Assembly: GCA_963740315.1 (NCBI GenBank)
Contig: CAVUDP010000004.1
Coordinates: 960,001 to 1,024,000, forward strand
Direction of reading: 5' to 3'
Source of the DNA: an uncultured cyanobacterium
GTDB lineage: Bacteria; Cyanobacteriota; Cyanobacteriia; Cyanobacteriales; Nostocaceae
Length of the DNA stretch: 64,000 nt
The notes beneath the pieces were generated by a model. It saw only the letters and a list, made by a program, of their open reading frames with translations. It made no database searches and had not been told where the DNA came from. Of the stretch, positions 1 to 11,137 are shown in pieces. Position numbers and translations under genes: made by a program. Within the stretch, counting starts at the first letter, position 1. Each line of letters begins with the position of its first letter.

Positions 1-1
1 T

Positions 2-133
2 GTTGCTTCAGGTTTCCCATTATTTTGTCACCTTTGCGATCGCGTCTTATATAGGGAACCTTACGCTGTCGCGGCTCAAACTGTAATCTCTCAAAAGAAA
101 GAAAATTGGGTACCAAAGAGAGTTACATTGTAG
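2..133 (+). CDS. 3' end of an unidentified CDS running in from the left edge
   Basis: Open frame VASGFPLFCHLCDRVLYREPYAVAAQTVISQKKENWVPKRVTL* ending at TAG 131-133; family not recognised. Confidence 0.3.
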   Translation, partial: VASGFPLFCHLCDRVLYREPYAVAAQTVISQKKENWVPKRVTL

Positions 134-195
134 GGTATGTTACGGCGTTAAAACTTTTGTTAGTAAAGATAATGTTGATATTGCCGTAACGCACC
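130..195. repeat. GTAGGGT-type REP-like palindromic repeat
   Basis: gtagggtatgttacggc...gccgtaacgcacc; related copies at 33650-33789, 34284 and 34755-34821. Confidence 0.6.
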
Positions 196-394
196 ATATT
201 TGTGGAAATGTACAGTATGAATAAAATCTAGCTGCTCTTAACTTTCTGCAATAATAATCAAAAAATGATTTAGCTTTTACCGGGGTTTAAGTCTCCAGAA
301 ATTCTCACTACTGGATATTTGGTACTCGACTCGGTAATAAAAAACTCTGGCTTATTTGCTGTAAACTTTTCTGCAATGAAGTTGCTTAAGGCTA

Positions 395-961
395 TCAATT
401 AAAAAACTGCTGAATATTACAATTAAACCCCGGTAGAATTGGCGAAGTAATTTCATCGTTTTCCATCAGCGTCGCGACTAACACCAACTGAGCATTTTCA
501 CGACGATAAACTTCTATTTGTCGCAACCGCCAATCTACGATCCAATATTCCTTAACCCCTTTAAGAGAATAAAGTTTTAATTTGGCTTCTTTATCGCGTC
601 TTTCATTTGTATTTCCCACAGAAAGAACTTCAACAATTAATTCCGGCGCACCTGTTAAATGCCCTTCATCATCAACTAATTGCGCTAATCTTTCGTTACT
701 AATCCAAACTACATCAGGAATAACGTTGTCAGCATCGGAAAATATAATTCCGGGAGTGAAAAAGGGCTGACCTAAATTTGTTTGTTCTGACCAGTTAAAG
801 ATATTAGCATAAATACGTCCACCAACTTCTTGGTGACGAATATGTGGAGCGCGGCTCACAAATAATTCTCCGTCAATTATCTCGTAACGTTTCCATTCGT
901 CAGCGGCTAAAACTTCTAAATCGGCAATTGTCCAGCGGATTTGATTTTGTGCTTGAGTCAT
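395..961 (-). CDS. Uma2/DUF820 family PD-(D/E)xK endonuclease-like protein
   Basis: RYEIIDGEL, PDVVWIS, APELIVEVLS, K..LY...GVKEYWIVD motifs. Confidence 0.9.
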   Translation of the reverse strand: MTQAQNQIRWTIADLEVLAADEWKRYEIIDGELFVSRAPHIRHQEVGGRIYANIFNWSEQTNLGQPFFTPGIIFSDADNVIPDVVWISNERLAQLVDDEGHLTGAPELIVEVLSVGNTNERRDKEAKLKLYSLKGVKEYWIVDWRLRQIEVYRRENAQLVLVATLMENDEITSPILPGFNCNIQQFFN

Positions 962-1118
962 AGCAGCACTTTACTACATTTCCAATTATGCTAACTTAAT
1001 TCGATCGGACATCGGGCATTAAGAATTATAAATAATGTCACTCTTATTATTTTTCAACTGTGTATAGACACTGGACATTTCTGTAAAATAACTTTACGCC
1101 CCTCTAGAACCGCACCCC

Positions 1119-2018
1119 ATGCAGCAAAATACTAAGTCTTCCTATTCTTTCCAAAAGCTACTAGACAATGAAACTTTTGCAGCTTGGTTTTTCCTCGCTC
1201 CCGCACTCATACTCTTAGGAGTATTTGTCATCGGTCCGATTGGCTATTTGTTTTACCTCAGCTTCACTAATGGTAGTTTTACTAAAGACGGTGTAACTTG
1301 GGTAGGATTAAAAAATTATTTACGTTTAATACTTAATCCTGATTTTTCACAAGTTATTTGGAATACAGCTTATTTTACAATTGCTACGGTTATACCCAGT
1401 ATTGTTATTCCTTTGGGATTAGCTGTATTGTTAAACCGCTCTATAATCTTGCGGGGATTTTTACGAACTTCCTATTTTTTACCTTCAATTATTTCTTTAG
1501 TTGCTGCTGGTTTGGGATTTCGCTGGTTATTTCAAAATGATGGTCCGGTTAATGCACTTTTAAATAGTATTGGCATTGAGTCTATATCTTGGTTGAGTAG
1601 TACTGTATGGGCAATGCCAGTCATAATTTTATTAAGTATTTGGAAGCAGCTTGGCTTTAATATGGTAGTGTTTCTAGCTGGTTTGCAAGCTATTCCAGTT
1701 AGTCGTTATGAAGCAGCAGAACTTGATGGTGCTAACAGTTGGGAGCAATTTTGGTACGTTACTTTACCGGGATTACGACCGACTTTAATATTTACAACGA
1801 TAACCACCGTTATTTTCACTTTACGCAGTTTTGAGCAAGTTTACGTCATTACTGGCGGTGGTCCTTTAAATTCTACAAATTTACTGGTTTATTACATTTA
1901 CCAAGAAGCTTTTGGTCAATTTGATTTCGGTTATGCAGCAGCAGCAGCAACTGTATTACTCGCAATAACAATGGTGTTGGTTTATTTTCAATTACGAACT
2001 TGGGATCGAGAAAGTTAG
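1119..2018 (+). CDS. Carbohydrate ABC transporter permease (MalF/UgpA type)
   Basis: Multiple TM segments and EAA loop YEAAELDGANSWEQFWYVTLP. Confidence 0.9.
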   Translation: MQQNTKSSYSFQKLLDNETFAAWFFLAPALILLGVFVIGPIGYLFYLSFTNGSFTKDGVTWVGLKNYLRLILNPDFSQVIWNTAYFTIATVIPSIVIPLGLAVLLNRSIILRGFLRTSYFLPSIISLVAAGLGFRWLFQNDGPVNALLNSIGIESISWLSSTVWAMPVIILLSIWKQLGFNMVVFLAGLQAIPVSRYEAAELDGANSWEQFWYVTLPGLRPTLIFTTITTVIFTLRSFEQVYVITGGGPLNSTNLLVYYIYQEAFGQFDFGYAAAAATVLLAITMVLVYFQLRTWDRES

Positions 2019-2040
2019 TTAAGTCTATAGCAATTTTCTA

Positions 2041-2075
2041 AAAAGCCCTCACCCTATAAGGATGGGGCTTTGTTT
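2041..2075 (+). terminator. Probable intrinsic terminator hairpin
   Basis: aaagccc...gggcttt stem followed by tgttt, just after the permease stop. Confidence 0.4.
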
Positions 2076-2558
2076 GTATAGGGCAAGAAGATATTTATTT
2101 AATGCAAATCTTTTCTGCTACAAACATCCTTAGTCGTGCAAATCGATCGCAAGTTATTTATAACACCCTGGTTAATTTAACATTAAATTTTAATTATAAT
2201 TTCCATAAATTTAGATCCAAGTATCAATATATTTTTGATTGTTAAGTTTTACCTTAAGTTAATAGCATCATAACCAATCGATCTAGTTAAAATTAAAACA
2301 AAAAAGAAGTCATAATCTCGTGACTTTATAGATTTATATGACTTTATTTATCAAAGTTTGGTGATTTTATCATCATGCTTTGACAAATCAATTATCTCTA
2401 AACCAGCTATTTTTAAGTACTTGTAGATTCTTTTACGAATATTTTGCAAAAAATTTAAAATTGATTATTTAAATATTTTGGTTTTAGGGTGTACCCTCGA
2501 AATACAGTAATTGTCAGGATGACGATTTTAAAAATATTACATACGTGGGGAAAATAAT

Positions 2559-3215
2559 ATGAGCGATCGCGCTGACAAGCAAAAATTCGTATTAAGTCAA
2601 ATTACCGATAGTTTTGGACAAAGAGACTTTAGCGGATACGATTTAAGCGGAATTGATTTGAGAGAGGTTGATTTGAGTGGAATCAACTTTACGGGAGCAA
2701 ATTTACGTAATGCTAATTTAAATGGAGCAATTCTGACTAATGCAAAATTAGATCGAGCAAATTTAACTCAAGTTAGTTTGCGAGAGGCTCATATGCACGA
2801 AGCATCTTTTCGTGAAGCTAATTTAACTAATGCCGATTTTAGACAAGCTTCTTTATGTGGTGCAATTTTTTCAGGTGCAAATCTTTGCGGTAGCAATTTT
2901 CAAGAAGCTTCGTTGTGCGATACCAATTTACAAAAAGCAAATTTAAGTGAAGCTCAGTTAATAGAAGCATCTTTAATAGAAGCTAATTTGTTCCAAGCTA
3001 ATCTTCAACAAGCAAGATTATGTGGTGCGAATTTATTAGAAGCAAATTTAAATCAAGCCGATTTAAAAGGGGCTGATTTAGCTTGGGCGAATTTAACACA
3101 AGCAAACTTAACAGAAGCAAATTTACAAGAAACAAACTTAAGTAACGCTAATTTAGACGAAGCAATTATGCCTGATGGTAGAATTAAACAACTTCAACTT
3201 TTTTGCTTTATTTGA
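2559..3215 (+). CDS. Pentapeptide repeat protein, positional candidate for FraF
   Basis: A(N/D)Lxx repeats; convergent with fraE, as fraF is in Anabaena PCC 7120 (synteny from memory). Confidence 0.8.
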   Translation: MSDRADKQKFVLSQITDSFGQRDFSGYDLSGIDLREVDLSGINFTGANLRNANLNGAILTNAKLDRANLTQVSLREAHMHEASFREANLTNADFRQASLCGAIFSGANLCGSNFQEASLCDTNLQKANLSEAQLIEASLIEANLFQANLQQARLCGANLLEANLNQADLKGADLAWANLTQANLTEANLQETNLSNANLDEAIMPDGRIKQLQLFCFI

Positions 3216-3311
3216 TATGTAAGGATTTATATTCCCGGTTTTCTCAAAAACTGGGTTTCTCAATTCAAATTCTGACTTCTGAGTCTTAATTCCTAACGAG
3301 GCGCAATCCTT

Positions 3312-4091
3312 CTAAAATTCCCTTTGCGAAAAAATAAAAGCTGCTATTGCCAGAAGCATGGCAGTGTAAACCAAACTGTAGCCAGCATTAACAAGTAATG
3401 TTGTAGAATCGGGTAACGCCGATAAACCATAAACAGCTTCGTTTTTGAAATCTAAACGCGATAAATCGGGTATTAGTAAATATAAACCTTGAGTTATTCT
3501 TTCTAGTCCGGGATTTTCGCTAATACGAGCCAGTTTGAGTAAATCTTGGGTTATATTTCCCATTAAATATACTGCAAATGTTAGAGCTGTTGCTAATAAT
3601 GTACCTGTAAATACACCCCATGTTATAGCTACAGCGCCGATCAAAGATAGCTGCAATATTAAAAAAATAGCATTGATGATAATACTTGTCGCTGAATAAC
3701 TGATGTTGTTTAATTGTAAAAATATCAGATAAATAACACTCATCGCAGCGACGAGCAACGCTAACACAGCCGATAAACCTAAATATTTACCAACAATAAA
3801 TTCATTTCGACTTACGGGTTTAGCAATTAACATCAAAATAGTGCGTTTCTCTATTTCTTTGTTAATTAATCCCGTACCTACAAATACTGCAACAATTAGA
3901 CTTAAGACACTCATCACCGCCAAGCCCAAGTCTAAAAACATTTTATCTTCCGTAGCTGCTGCTAATTGCGGTAGCAAACTAACTGCAACCGCTAAAATAA
4001 CTGCATAAAAACCGATAATGTACAGAATGCGATCGCGCACTACTTCTCGAAAACCATTGTTGGCGATCGCAAATATTCTATTTACATTCAT
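3312..4091 (-). CDS. fraE: ABC-2 type permease, filament integrity protein FraE
   Basis: Hydrophobic ABC-2 permease (EIEKRTILMLIAKPVSR); third gene of fraC-fraD-fraE. Confidence 0.8.
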   Translation of the reverse strand: MNVNRIFAIANNGFREVVRDRILYIIGFYAVILAVAVSLLPQLAAATEDKMFLDLGLAVMSVLSLIVAVFVGTGLINKEIEKRTILMLIAKPVSRNEFIVGKYLGLSAVLALLVAAMSVIYLIFLQLNNISYSATSIIINAIFLILQLSLIGAVAITWGVFTGTLLATALTFAVYLMGNITQDLLKLARISENPGLERITQGLYLLIPDLSRLDFKNEAVYGLSALPDSTTLLVNAGYSLVYTAMLLAIAAFIFSQREF

Positions 4092-4177
4092 GTTGATTTA
4101 AGAATTAGTTCTGCATCACTGATCAGTTATGGATTATCATTTGTTAATTGTCAATTAGTAGCTACATGAAAGCGACT

Positions 4178-5239
4178 CTACTTTTGGGGAGGTTTTCCTT
4201 CAATGTAGGTAATTTTTCGCGAACACTCTAATTCTGCAACAGCTAATCTTTCAGATCGAGCGTTAATGATATCAATAGACTCTGCTATAGGTTCAATTTG
4301 GCATGACTTTTTGAGATAATATCCATCGGGTACGGCACTCGGACCTTCCCAAACGCTAAATAAATTTAATCTGTATCCAGAATTATAATCTTTTGGATCG
4401 ATATTCTCTACAGTGGCTTTAGCTTTCCAAAACTCTTTTTCTTCAAACTCCTTCAAATGAATATTTATAACTTTTCTACCAAGTCTGCTAACATTCCGAT
4501 TTGCATTTTGTAACCATGATTCAACTTTAGACCAAGATTGTCCATCTAACGCTGTTTCTACTGCTGGCTGAAGATTTTGTAGAATTACAACCCCGTTTTT
4601 AGGGATTTCATCTTCAGGTTTGAATACTGTTAATAAATCATTGCGTTGGGTAACTTCATCTCTAGGAAGCGGATATCTAACGCTGGGATATTCTTTTAAC
4701 CATCCATCTGTCAATCCGTAGAGATTTAACCAGCAGCTTAACAACATACAGCTGCCAATTAAAACTATCACACTTTCCCGGTCTTCTAATGGTGGCAGTT
4801 GAGTTTTAACATCGGTACCGCTTCCTTCAAAAAATTCGGGCACAGCAGTAATTAAAGCCGATATTGTAGGCCAAAAAATAATCGTTCTAGCCATAAGCTG
4901 CTCGTCTTGCTGAAAAGCAAAAATGCTGACTATACCTCCTGTTATTACTGCTCCAACTGGCATAATGGTACCGGGAATATACAAAGGTTTATCGGTGGTA
5001 TACCAAGAAGTACCAGCTATTAAAAATACCCAACCAAAAAATGCAATAATGTCTTGAACTGGACCATCAGAAGCTAAAGATGACATTAGCCAAGAAAACA
5101 AACTTAGATAAATTAATGTCTGCCAAGAATAAGCTCTTGGCGGTATAAAGAACTTTTTAATCCGTTCAATAACTTCTTTAAAAAAATCCAATAAAACCGA
5201 TAGTCCAACTAAATCCAGAGTCTCCTTTACTATGCCCAT
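4178..5239 (-). CDS. fraD: Septal junction protein FraD
   Basis: Several N-terminal TM helices plus soluble C-terminal domain; SWQTLIYLSLFSW motif; lies between fraC and fraE. Confidence 0.8.
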   Translation of the reverse strand: MGIVKETLDLVGLSVLLDFFKEVIERIKKFFIPPRAYSWQTLIYLSLFSWLMSSLASDGPVQDIIAFFGWVFLIAGTSWYTTDKPLYIPGTIMPVGAVITGGIVSIFAFQQDEQLMARTIIFWPTISALITAVPEFFEGSGTDVKTQLPPLEDRESVIVLIGSCMLLSCWLNLYGLTDGWLKEYPSVRYPLPRDEVTQRNDLLTVFKPEDEIPKNGVVILQNLQPAVETALDGQSWSKVESWLQNANRNVSRLGRKVINIHLKEFEEKEFWKAKATVENIDPKDYNSGYRLNLFSVWEGPSAVPDGYYLKKSCQIEPIAESIDIINARSERLAVAELECSRKITYIEGKPPQK

Positions 5240-5306
5240 TTATTCCTCCTAATGATTTACTATCATCTCACAATTAAAGAAAGTTAACTAAGCGATCGAG
5301 TACAGG

Positions 5307-5879
5307 CTAAATAGTATTTTCCCGAGCAAATATACGAAATAATACAACTAATGTAATCGCACTATAACTAAGTGAATTAGCTATTAATGTCGTCGTAAAC
5401 AAACTTGTATTTTGCCATGCTCTTTTATAACCCCGACGCGATTTTCTCCCAAAAATAACCGACTCAAGCTGTTCTTCTTCCGACTTTTTTTGTCCGGGAT
5501 CGCTCAATGCTAAAACGAACAGTTTTAACAATAAAAATTTCACCATTAATGTTCCAAAGAAAATAGTAAAAGCGCCCATAACAATACCACCATACATATT
5601 ACCGTCTAAGCGGTTATACAATAAAAAACTAATCATCTGTATTTTGTAATCATTGAAAAAACTAGTTGGCTCTACTAAAAAGAAAACTATCCAACCGATG
5701 GCGTTGGAAAAGACATTTATGGAGATAGCGTAAAAAGTACTAGTTCTTTTATCGAACTTTAATCTCTTGTTAAAAATGTATGCCTCTATCGGAATCGCTA
5801 TTAATATAAATAGAAAGTCAAATAAGATTACGCCAAAAGGAAAAACTCGGAAAGACGGTAAAAAGTCAAAGTCTAACAT
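5307..5879 (-). CDS. fraC: Filament integrity protein FraC
   Basis: FPFGVILFDFLFILIAIPIEAY...FYAISINVFS..IGW and LIANSLSYSAI; start moved to ATG 5879. Confidence 0.8.
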   Translation of the reverse strand: MLDFDFLPSFRVFPFGVILFDFLFILIAIPIEAYIFNKRLKFDKRTSTFYAISINVFSNAIGWIVFFLVEPTSFFNDYKIQMISFLLYNRLDGNMYGGIVMGAFTIFFGTLMVKFLLLKLFVLALSDPGQKKSEEEQLESVIFGRKSRRGYKRAWQNTSLFTTTLIANSLSYSAITLVVLFRIFARENTI

Positions 5880-6468
5880 ACGCTTACAACCTTCACTAAA
5901 TGTATAATTTTGTACTACTTTTGAAGTATAAAGTTTATGCGGCATTGAATAGTCGTGCGTTCCCCAACCCCTACGAATGATATGGCTTTGCCAAGCTTGC
6001 GCTCTTCAGAAATCAATACGGATTCCCATAGCAGAAATATATTAAACGTTATTTATGTCTTTTACCATTTTTTATACTGGAACTACCATAAAGGTAAAGA
6101 ATTGTTTAAAGCAAGAAAGATTATGCAATTTTACCGTTATTGTCTGAGTTGGAAAAGACAGACGAAACAACAAGATAGCCGACTATTATAATCAAAAAGA
6201 TATTATGACTCAGATAAACATATTTTAGTTAAATAGTTAAATCGGCTTCTATTTTGGCTTTCAAAAGGTAAAAATAAATTCTCAGTCTTAGTACTAATGT
6301 ACAAAGTATAAAAACTTAGAGACTTTAAAATATTATAAATATATAGAAAAATGGTTTTAATCGAGATTATTTTTTGCCTATAAATAAAAAAAAATAATAT
6401 CGCTTTCTGATGCTACATGACTTTCGGTAAGATAAAAGACTGCCACATTACATCTAAAACGGGTTGAG

Positions 6469-7605
6469 ATGACAAGGAACGGCATCGGTATTCGCACGGC
6501 ACAATTGCGCCCCGTCAGGCTTAAAGGTCAAATTCACGTTTATGATGGCGCGGGAAAAGGTAAGTCACAAGCTGCTTTAGGAGTAGTTTTACGTTCAATT
6601 GGTTTAGGTATCAAGAATTTAAATAACTACAATCGCGTTTTATTGCTACGGTTTCTTAAAGGACCAGAAAGAGATTATGACGAAGATGGGGCTATTACGG
6701 CTTTACAAAGAGGTTTTCCTCACTTAATCGATCAAGTACGTACTGGTAGGGCAGAATTTTTTGACAAGAATGAAATTATCGCCTTCGATAAACATGAGGC
6801 TTCAAGAGGTTGGGATGTCGCCAAAGGTGCGATCGCATCGGGGTTGTATTCAGTTGTTGTATTGGACGAAATCAACCCCGTATTAGATTTAGGTTTATTA
6901 GAGGTTAATGAAGTAGTAAAAACTTTAAAATCCAAACCTGAAGAATTAGAAATTATTGCCACGGGAAGAGGTGCGCCACCAGAATTATTAGATATCGCCG
7001 ATTTACATTCAGAAATGAAACCGCAACACCATTCCGCAGCCCAACGACATGGCTTGGAAGGCATTGAAATATATACTGGTTCGGGTAAAGGAAAATCTAC
7101 TAGCGCTTTAGGTAAAGCTTTAAAAGCCATCGGTAGAGGAATCAATCATCCCGGTTCCACCCGCGTATTAATTATGCAGTGGCTCAAAGGTGGTAGCGGA
7201 TACACCGAAGATGAAGCAATCGCGGCATTGCAGCAATCTTATCCCGAAGTAGTAGATCATCAACGCTGCGGTAGAGATGCGATCGTATGGCGTAATTCTC
7301 GGCAAGAATTGGACTACATAGAAGCCGAAAGAGGTTGGGAAATAGCCAAAACTGCCATAGCTTCTGGATTGTATAAAACAATAATTCTTGACGAACTCAA
7401 TCCCACAGTAGATTTAGAATTACTTCCAGTAGAGCCAATAATGCAAATTTTACTTCGCAAACCTCGCCATACAGAAGTAATTATCACCGGACGTTGCCAA
7501 AATCAGCCAGAATATTTTGAACTAGCCAGCGTACATTCTGAAGTCTACTGTCACAAGCATTACGCCAATGATGGAGTAGAACCTAAGCGTGGGGTAGATT
7601 TTTGA
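6469..7605 (+). CDS. cobO: Cob(I)yrinic acid a,c-diamide adenosyltransferase, duplicated-domain cyanobacterial form
   Basis: Two CobA/CobO/BtuR domains (VYDGAGKGKS and IYTGSGKGKSTSALG), LDE motifs, ends GVDF. Confidence 0.85.
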   Translation: MTRNGIGIRTAQLRPVRLKGQIHVYDGAGKGKSQAALGVVLRSIGLGIKNLNNYNRVLLLRFLKGPERDYDEDGAITALQRGFPHLIDQVRTGRAEFFDKNEIIAFDKHEASRGWDVAKGAIASGLYSVVVLDEINPVLDLGLLEVNEVVKTLKSKPEELEIIATGRGAPPELLDIADLHSEMKPQHHSAAQRHGLEGIEIYTGSGKGKSTSALGKALKAIGRGINHPGSTRVLIMQWLKGGSGYTEDEAIAALQQSYPEVVDHQRCGRDAIVWRNSRQELDYIEAERGWEIAKTAIASGLYKTIILDELNPTVDLELLPVEPIMQILLRKPRHTEVIITGRCQNQPEYFELASVHSEVYCHKHYANDGVEPKRGVDF

Positions 7606-7742
7606 ATTAATTTTGAGTTATCTAAATAATTCGTAAAGATTGAGAAACCCGGCTTTTTCAACAAACCGGGAATATTTACTTTCTTTAGTCGTTTTAAACT
7701 ATTAACTAATAGCAAAAATCAATTAGCCAATCGCAACCAATT

Positions 7743-7850
7743 ATGGATACCAACGTACTCGATTTAGTTACAGCAGGAATCGCATTATTCATTTTGATAG
7801 GTGGTTTCTTAATGATGTTTACCACCGTTTTCACCACTAAAGGGAAGTAA
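7743..7850 (+). CDS. Small single-TM protein, 35 aa (below the ORF-track cutoff)
   Basis: MDTNVLDLVTAGIALFILIGGFLMMFTTVFTTKGK*; acidic N-terminus, hydrophobic core, basic C-terminus. Confidence 0.55.
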   Translation: MDTNVLDLVTAGIALFILIGGFLMMFTTVFTTKGK

Positions 7851-7926
7851 GGTTGAAGAAAGGTCTGCATGTTAAAGGTTAAAACTGGTAACTGCTAACT
7901 GCTAACTGCTAACTGCTAACTGCTAA

Positions 7927-9381
7927 CTAAAGCGTACCGAAACCTTTTTTCTTTTTTTCCTTTTTCGGTTTCTTTTTACTGCCTGCGCCGCCACGCCATC
8001 CGGGTGCAGCAGGATTTCCACCAGCAGCCATTTCACCACCACCAAACATTCCGCCTCCCGGCATTCCTGGGAAGTTACCTTGTCCCATTTGCTGCATCAT
8101 GGTTCGCATTTTCTGGAAGTCGCTCACCAGCTTGCTGACATCTTTTTCTCTATACTTAGGTTCACCGCATCCCTTGGCAATTCTTCGCCTTCTGCTGGGA
8201 GAACTCGCTAATAAATCCGGGTTTTTCCGTTCTTCCGGAGTCATGGAACTAATCATTGTCTCGGAGCGTTTAAGCTGAGATTGCCCTTGTTCTAGCTGTT
8301 CGTTAGAGATTTTGCCCATCCCCGGAATCATCTTCATGATGCCTCCGAGAGAACCCATATTTTTGAGCAAACGCAGCTGTTTGAGAAAGTCGGTAAAATC
8401 AAACTTCGCTGACAGCATTTTCTCTGTCATTTTTTCGGCATCGGCGAGGTCAAATTCTTCCTGGGCTTTTTCTACCAGGGTTAATACATCGCCCATTCCC
8501 AGAATCCGCGATGCCATTCTGTCGGGATAAAACGGTTGCAGGGCTTCGACTTTTTCACCCACACCGACAAACTTAATTGGCGCACCGGAAATTCTTCTTA
8601 CTGACAGCGCCGCACCACCACGGCTATCACCATCCAACTTGGTTAGAATTGCACCGCTAATACCGATTTTTTCATGGAAGGTACGAGTCAAATTTGCTGC
8701 TTCTTGACCAGTCATTGCGTCCACTACCAGCAGCGTTTCATGAGGCTGGACGGTTTGCTTAACCTGGGCTAATTCCGCCATCATGTCTTCGTCAATTTGC
8801 AGACGACCGGCGGTATCAATAATTACGGTATCAATGCCTTCCGCTTTGGCACGTTCTACACCAAGACGTGCGATTTCAACTGGATTCGCGTCGCTTCCCA
8901 GTTCAAATACCGGCACGTCGATTTGTTGACCTAAAGTTATCAATTGGTCGATCGCAGCCGGACGATAAACGTCTGTTGCCACCATCAAACAACTGCGTTC
9001 TAATTTTCTCAGGTGTAATGCCAACTTAGCTGTAGCGGTGGTTTTACCAGTACCTTGCAAACCAGCCATCAACACAATTGTGGGTGCAACTTCATTGTGC
9101 GCCAAGGGGACATTGGTTTCCCCCATCACATTTACTAGTTCGTCATGAACTATTTTGATAAACTGCTGATCCGGACGTACCCCACTTACCACCTCAGCCC
9201 CTTGTGCCTTGGCTTCAACTTCGCTAATAAATTCTTTAACTACCTGGAGATTGACATCCGCTTCCAACAAAGCGCGGCGTACTTCCCGCAAAGCGTCCTG
9301 AATGTTGGATTGAGAAATTTTATTCTGTCCCCGGAGCTTTTTCCAGGTAGATTCTAAACGATCGGCTAGTGCTTCAAACAT
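7927..9381 (-). CDS. ffh: Signal recognition particle protein Ffh
   Basis: GLQGTGKTT, DTAGR, TKLDGDSRGGAALS motifs; Met-rich M domain. Confidence 0.97.
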   Translation of the reverse strand: MFEALADRLESTWKKLRGQNKISQSNIQDALREVRRALLEADVNLQVVKEFISEVEAKAQGAEVVSGVRPDQQFIKIVHDELVNVMGETNVPLAHNEVAPTIVLMAGLQGTGKTTATAKLALHLRKLERSCLMVATDVYRPAAIDQLITLGQQIDVPVFELGSDANPVEIARLGVERAKAEGIDTVIIDTAGRLQIDEDMMAELAQVKQTVQPHETLLVVDAMTGQEAANLTRTFHEKIGISGAILTKLDGDSRGGAALSVRRISGAPIKFVGVGEKVEALQPFYPDRMASRILGMGDVLTLVEKAQEEFDLADAEKMTEKMLSAKFDFTDFLKQLRLLKNMGSLGGIMKMIPGMGKISNEQLEQGQSQLKRSETMISSMTPEERKNPDLLASSPSRRRRIAKGCGEPKYREKDVSKLVSDFQKMRTMMQQMGQGNFPGMPGGGMFGGGEMAAGGNPAAPGWRGGAGSKKKPKKEKKKKGFGTL

Positions 9382-10054
9382 AATTCGATTTCTATTAGTC
9401 AGCCAGCATAAAAAAGCGCTACCTAACAGCTTAATAGTTTTTAATTGCTAAACGCACGAACGCCAGCTAATAGGCTTTAGTTACGCCTGCTTTATCTCTG
9501 AGAGGAACTTGGCAAAATCAAATTTATTTCAATTTCAACTGTTATAAATAGCTACTGCAAAAAAGATTATCATTATATCAGATTTTATACCCTACTAACG
9601 ATAAGTGAAATATACTATCTATGTATTTTCCTTTTCATGATAAAATAAATACAACTCAAATGTTTATTAGATAAACTTATCTTATGTACTACGAAGCGCT
9701 ATATATATGTACGATCTTCGTTATTCACAATAATTGAATAAAAAATTCTCCGATTTTTGACATTATTTAACGAAACAATAGAAGCTTTGCTCTAAAAAAT
9801 TATCATTTGTTATTTTGATCGATCGCATTTGATAAAACTTGTTTAATAAAGAGAACTTCTAAATAGGAATATAGTCAACTATAAAAAAATATTTTGTAAT
9901 TCATTTTTTATTTCAGCAAATAGCTGCGATCGCGATCGGCTATATATTTTTATGATTAGCAACCAAAGAAAAAACATCAAGATTGTGAATTGCTTTAAGT
10001 TTAATTATTAGTTTAATTTTTAGGCTTGCAAATATACTTTGGAATAGAAAAAAG

Positions 10055-10972
10055 ATGATGGATAAGGAAAATCAAAATTTAGCTGAAGCTGTCAGTGAAA
10101 CTGATGAATCTAGTAATGCAGACGAACAGCAACAAATCCGAGAAAAAATACTAAGTCAAATTGCACGGGGTAAAAATCCTAGTAGTTTAAGCATCATCTT
10201 TGCTGACTTAAAAGAGGTTCAGTTAATTGGCGTTAATCTCAACGATATGTATTTGAGTGGCGTGGAATTAAATGGTGCTAATTTGACAGATGCTCAGTTA
10301 ATCGGAGTTGACTTAAGCGAAGCTGATTTGCGGGATGCCAAATTAGTAAATGCTCAATTGATGGGAGCTAATCTTAACAGCATTAAGTTAACGGGGGCGA
10401 ATCTAAATAACGCTAATTTAACAGATTCCAATCTTAGTACGGCTACGCTTAATGATGCTCGTTTAATCGGTGCCCAATTAGTAAGTGCAAATCTCAGCGA
10501 TGCTAAATTAATCAACGCTAATTTGTGTAATGCCAAACTTAATCAAGCTTATTTGTGGAATGCTCAGTTAATTAATGCTCAGTTAATTAATGCTGACTTA
10601 ACTGGTGCCTATATGAATAATGTCAAACTGAATAATGCTAACTTAACTCGCGCCATTCTTAAAGATGCTCAACTATGTACGGCTAAGTTAAAAGAAACTA
10701 ATTTAGAATCGGTTAATTTGAAGGGTGCCCAGCTAGATAACGCTAACTTGAAAAATGCCAATTTAAGTCAAGCTTGTTTAGAAAAAGCTAACTTAGAAAA
10801 TACCAGCCTTGAAAATGCCAATCTATATAATACGGATTTGAGACAAACAAATTTAACTAATACCAACTTCTTCAATGCAAAAGTTAAAAATGCTCGTTTT
10901 GGCAAGAATATAGGCATTAGCGAAGATGTCAGACTTTATTTAAAGCGAGAAGGTGCAATTTTTGAAGATTAA
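10055..10972 (+). CDS. Pentapeptide repeat protein
   Basis: Long A(N/Q/K)Lxx array; C-terminal LK.EGAIFED. Confidence 0.9.
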   Translation: MMDKENQNLAEAVSETDESSNADEQQQIREKILSQIARGKNPSSLSIIFADLKEVQLIGVNLNDMYLSGVELNGANLTDAQLIGVDLSEADLRDAKLVNAQLMGANLNSIKLTGANLNNANLTDSNLSTATLNDARLIGAQLVSANLSDAKLINANLCNAKLNQAYLWNAQLINAQLINADLTGAYMNNVKLNNANLTRAILKDAQLCTAKLKETNLESVNLKGAQLDNANLKNANLSQACLEKANLENTSLENANLYNTDLRQTNLTNTNFFNAKVKNARFGKNIGISEDVRLYLKREGAIFED

Positions 10973-11137
10973 TTACGAAACCAGAGTAATTAAATTAGAA
11001 AAAGCTTCAGTTGCATCGGCGATAACTTTGGTTTGAAAAACAAATTCGCTATAGTCTGCCAAGTTATCCAAACCAACTACATTTAACATTACTTCTGCTG
11101 TTACAACACATTCTAAAAACTGGTAACTGTTAACTGG

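Noticed and set aside
5955..6191. 78-aa ORF upstream of fraC
   Set aside because: GTG start, no recognisable motifs, lies in the divergent promoter region
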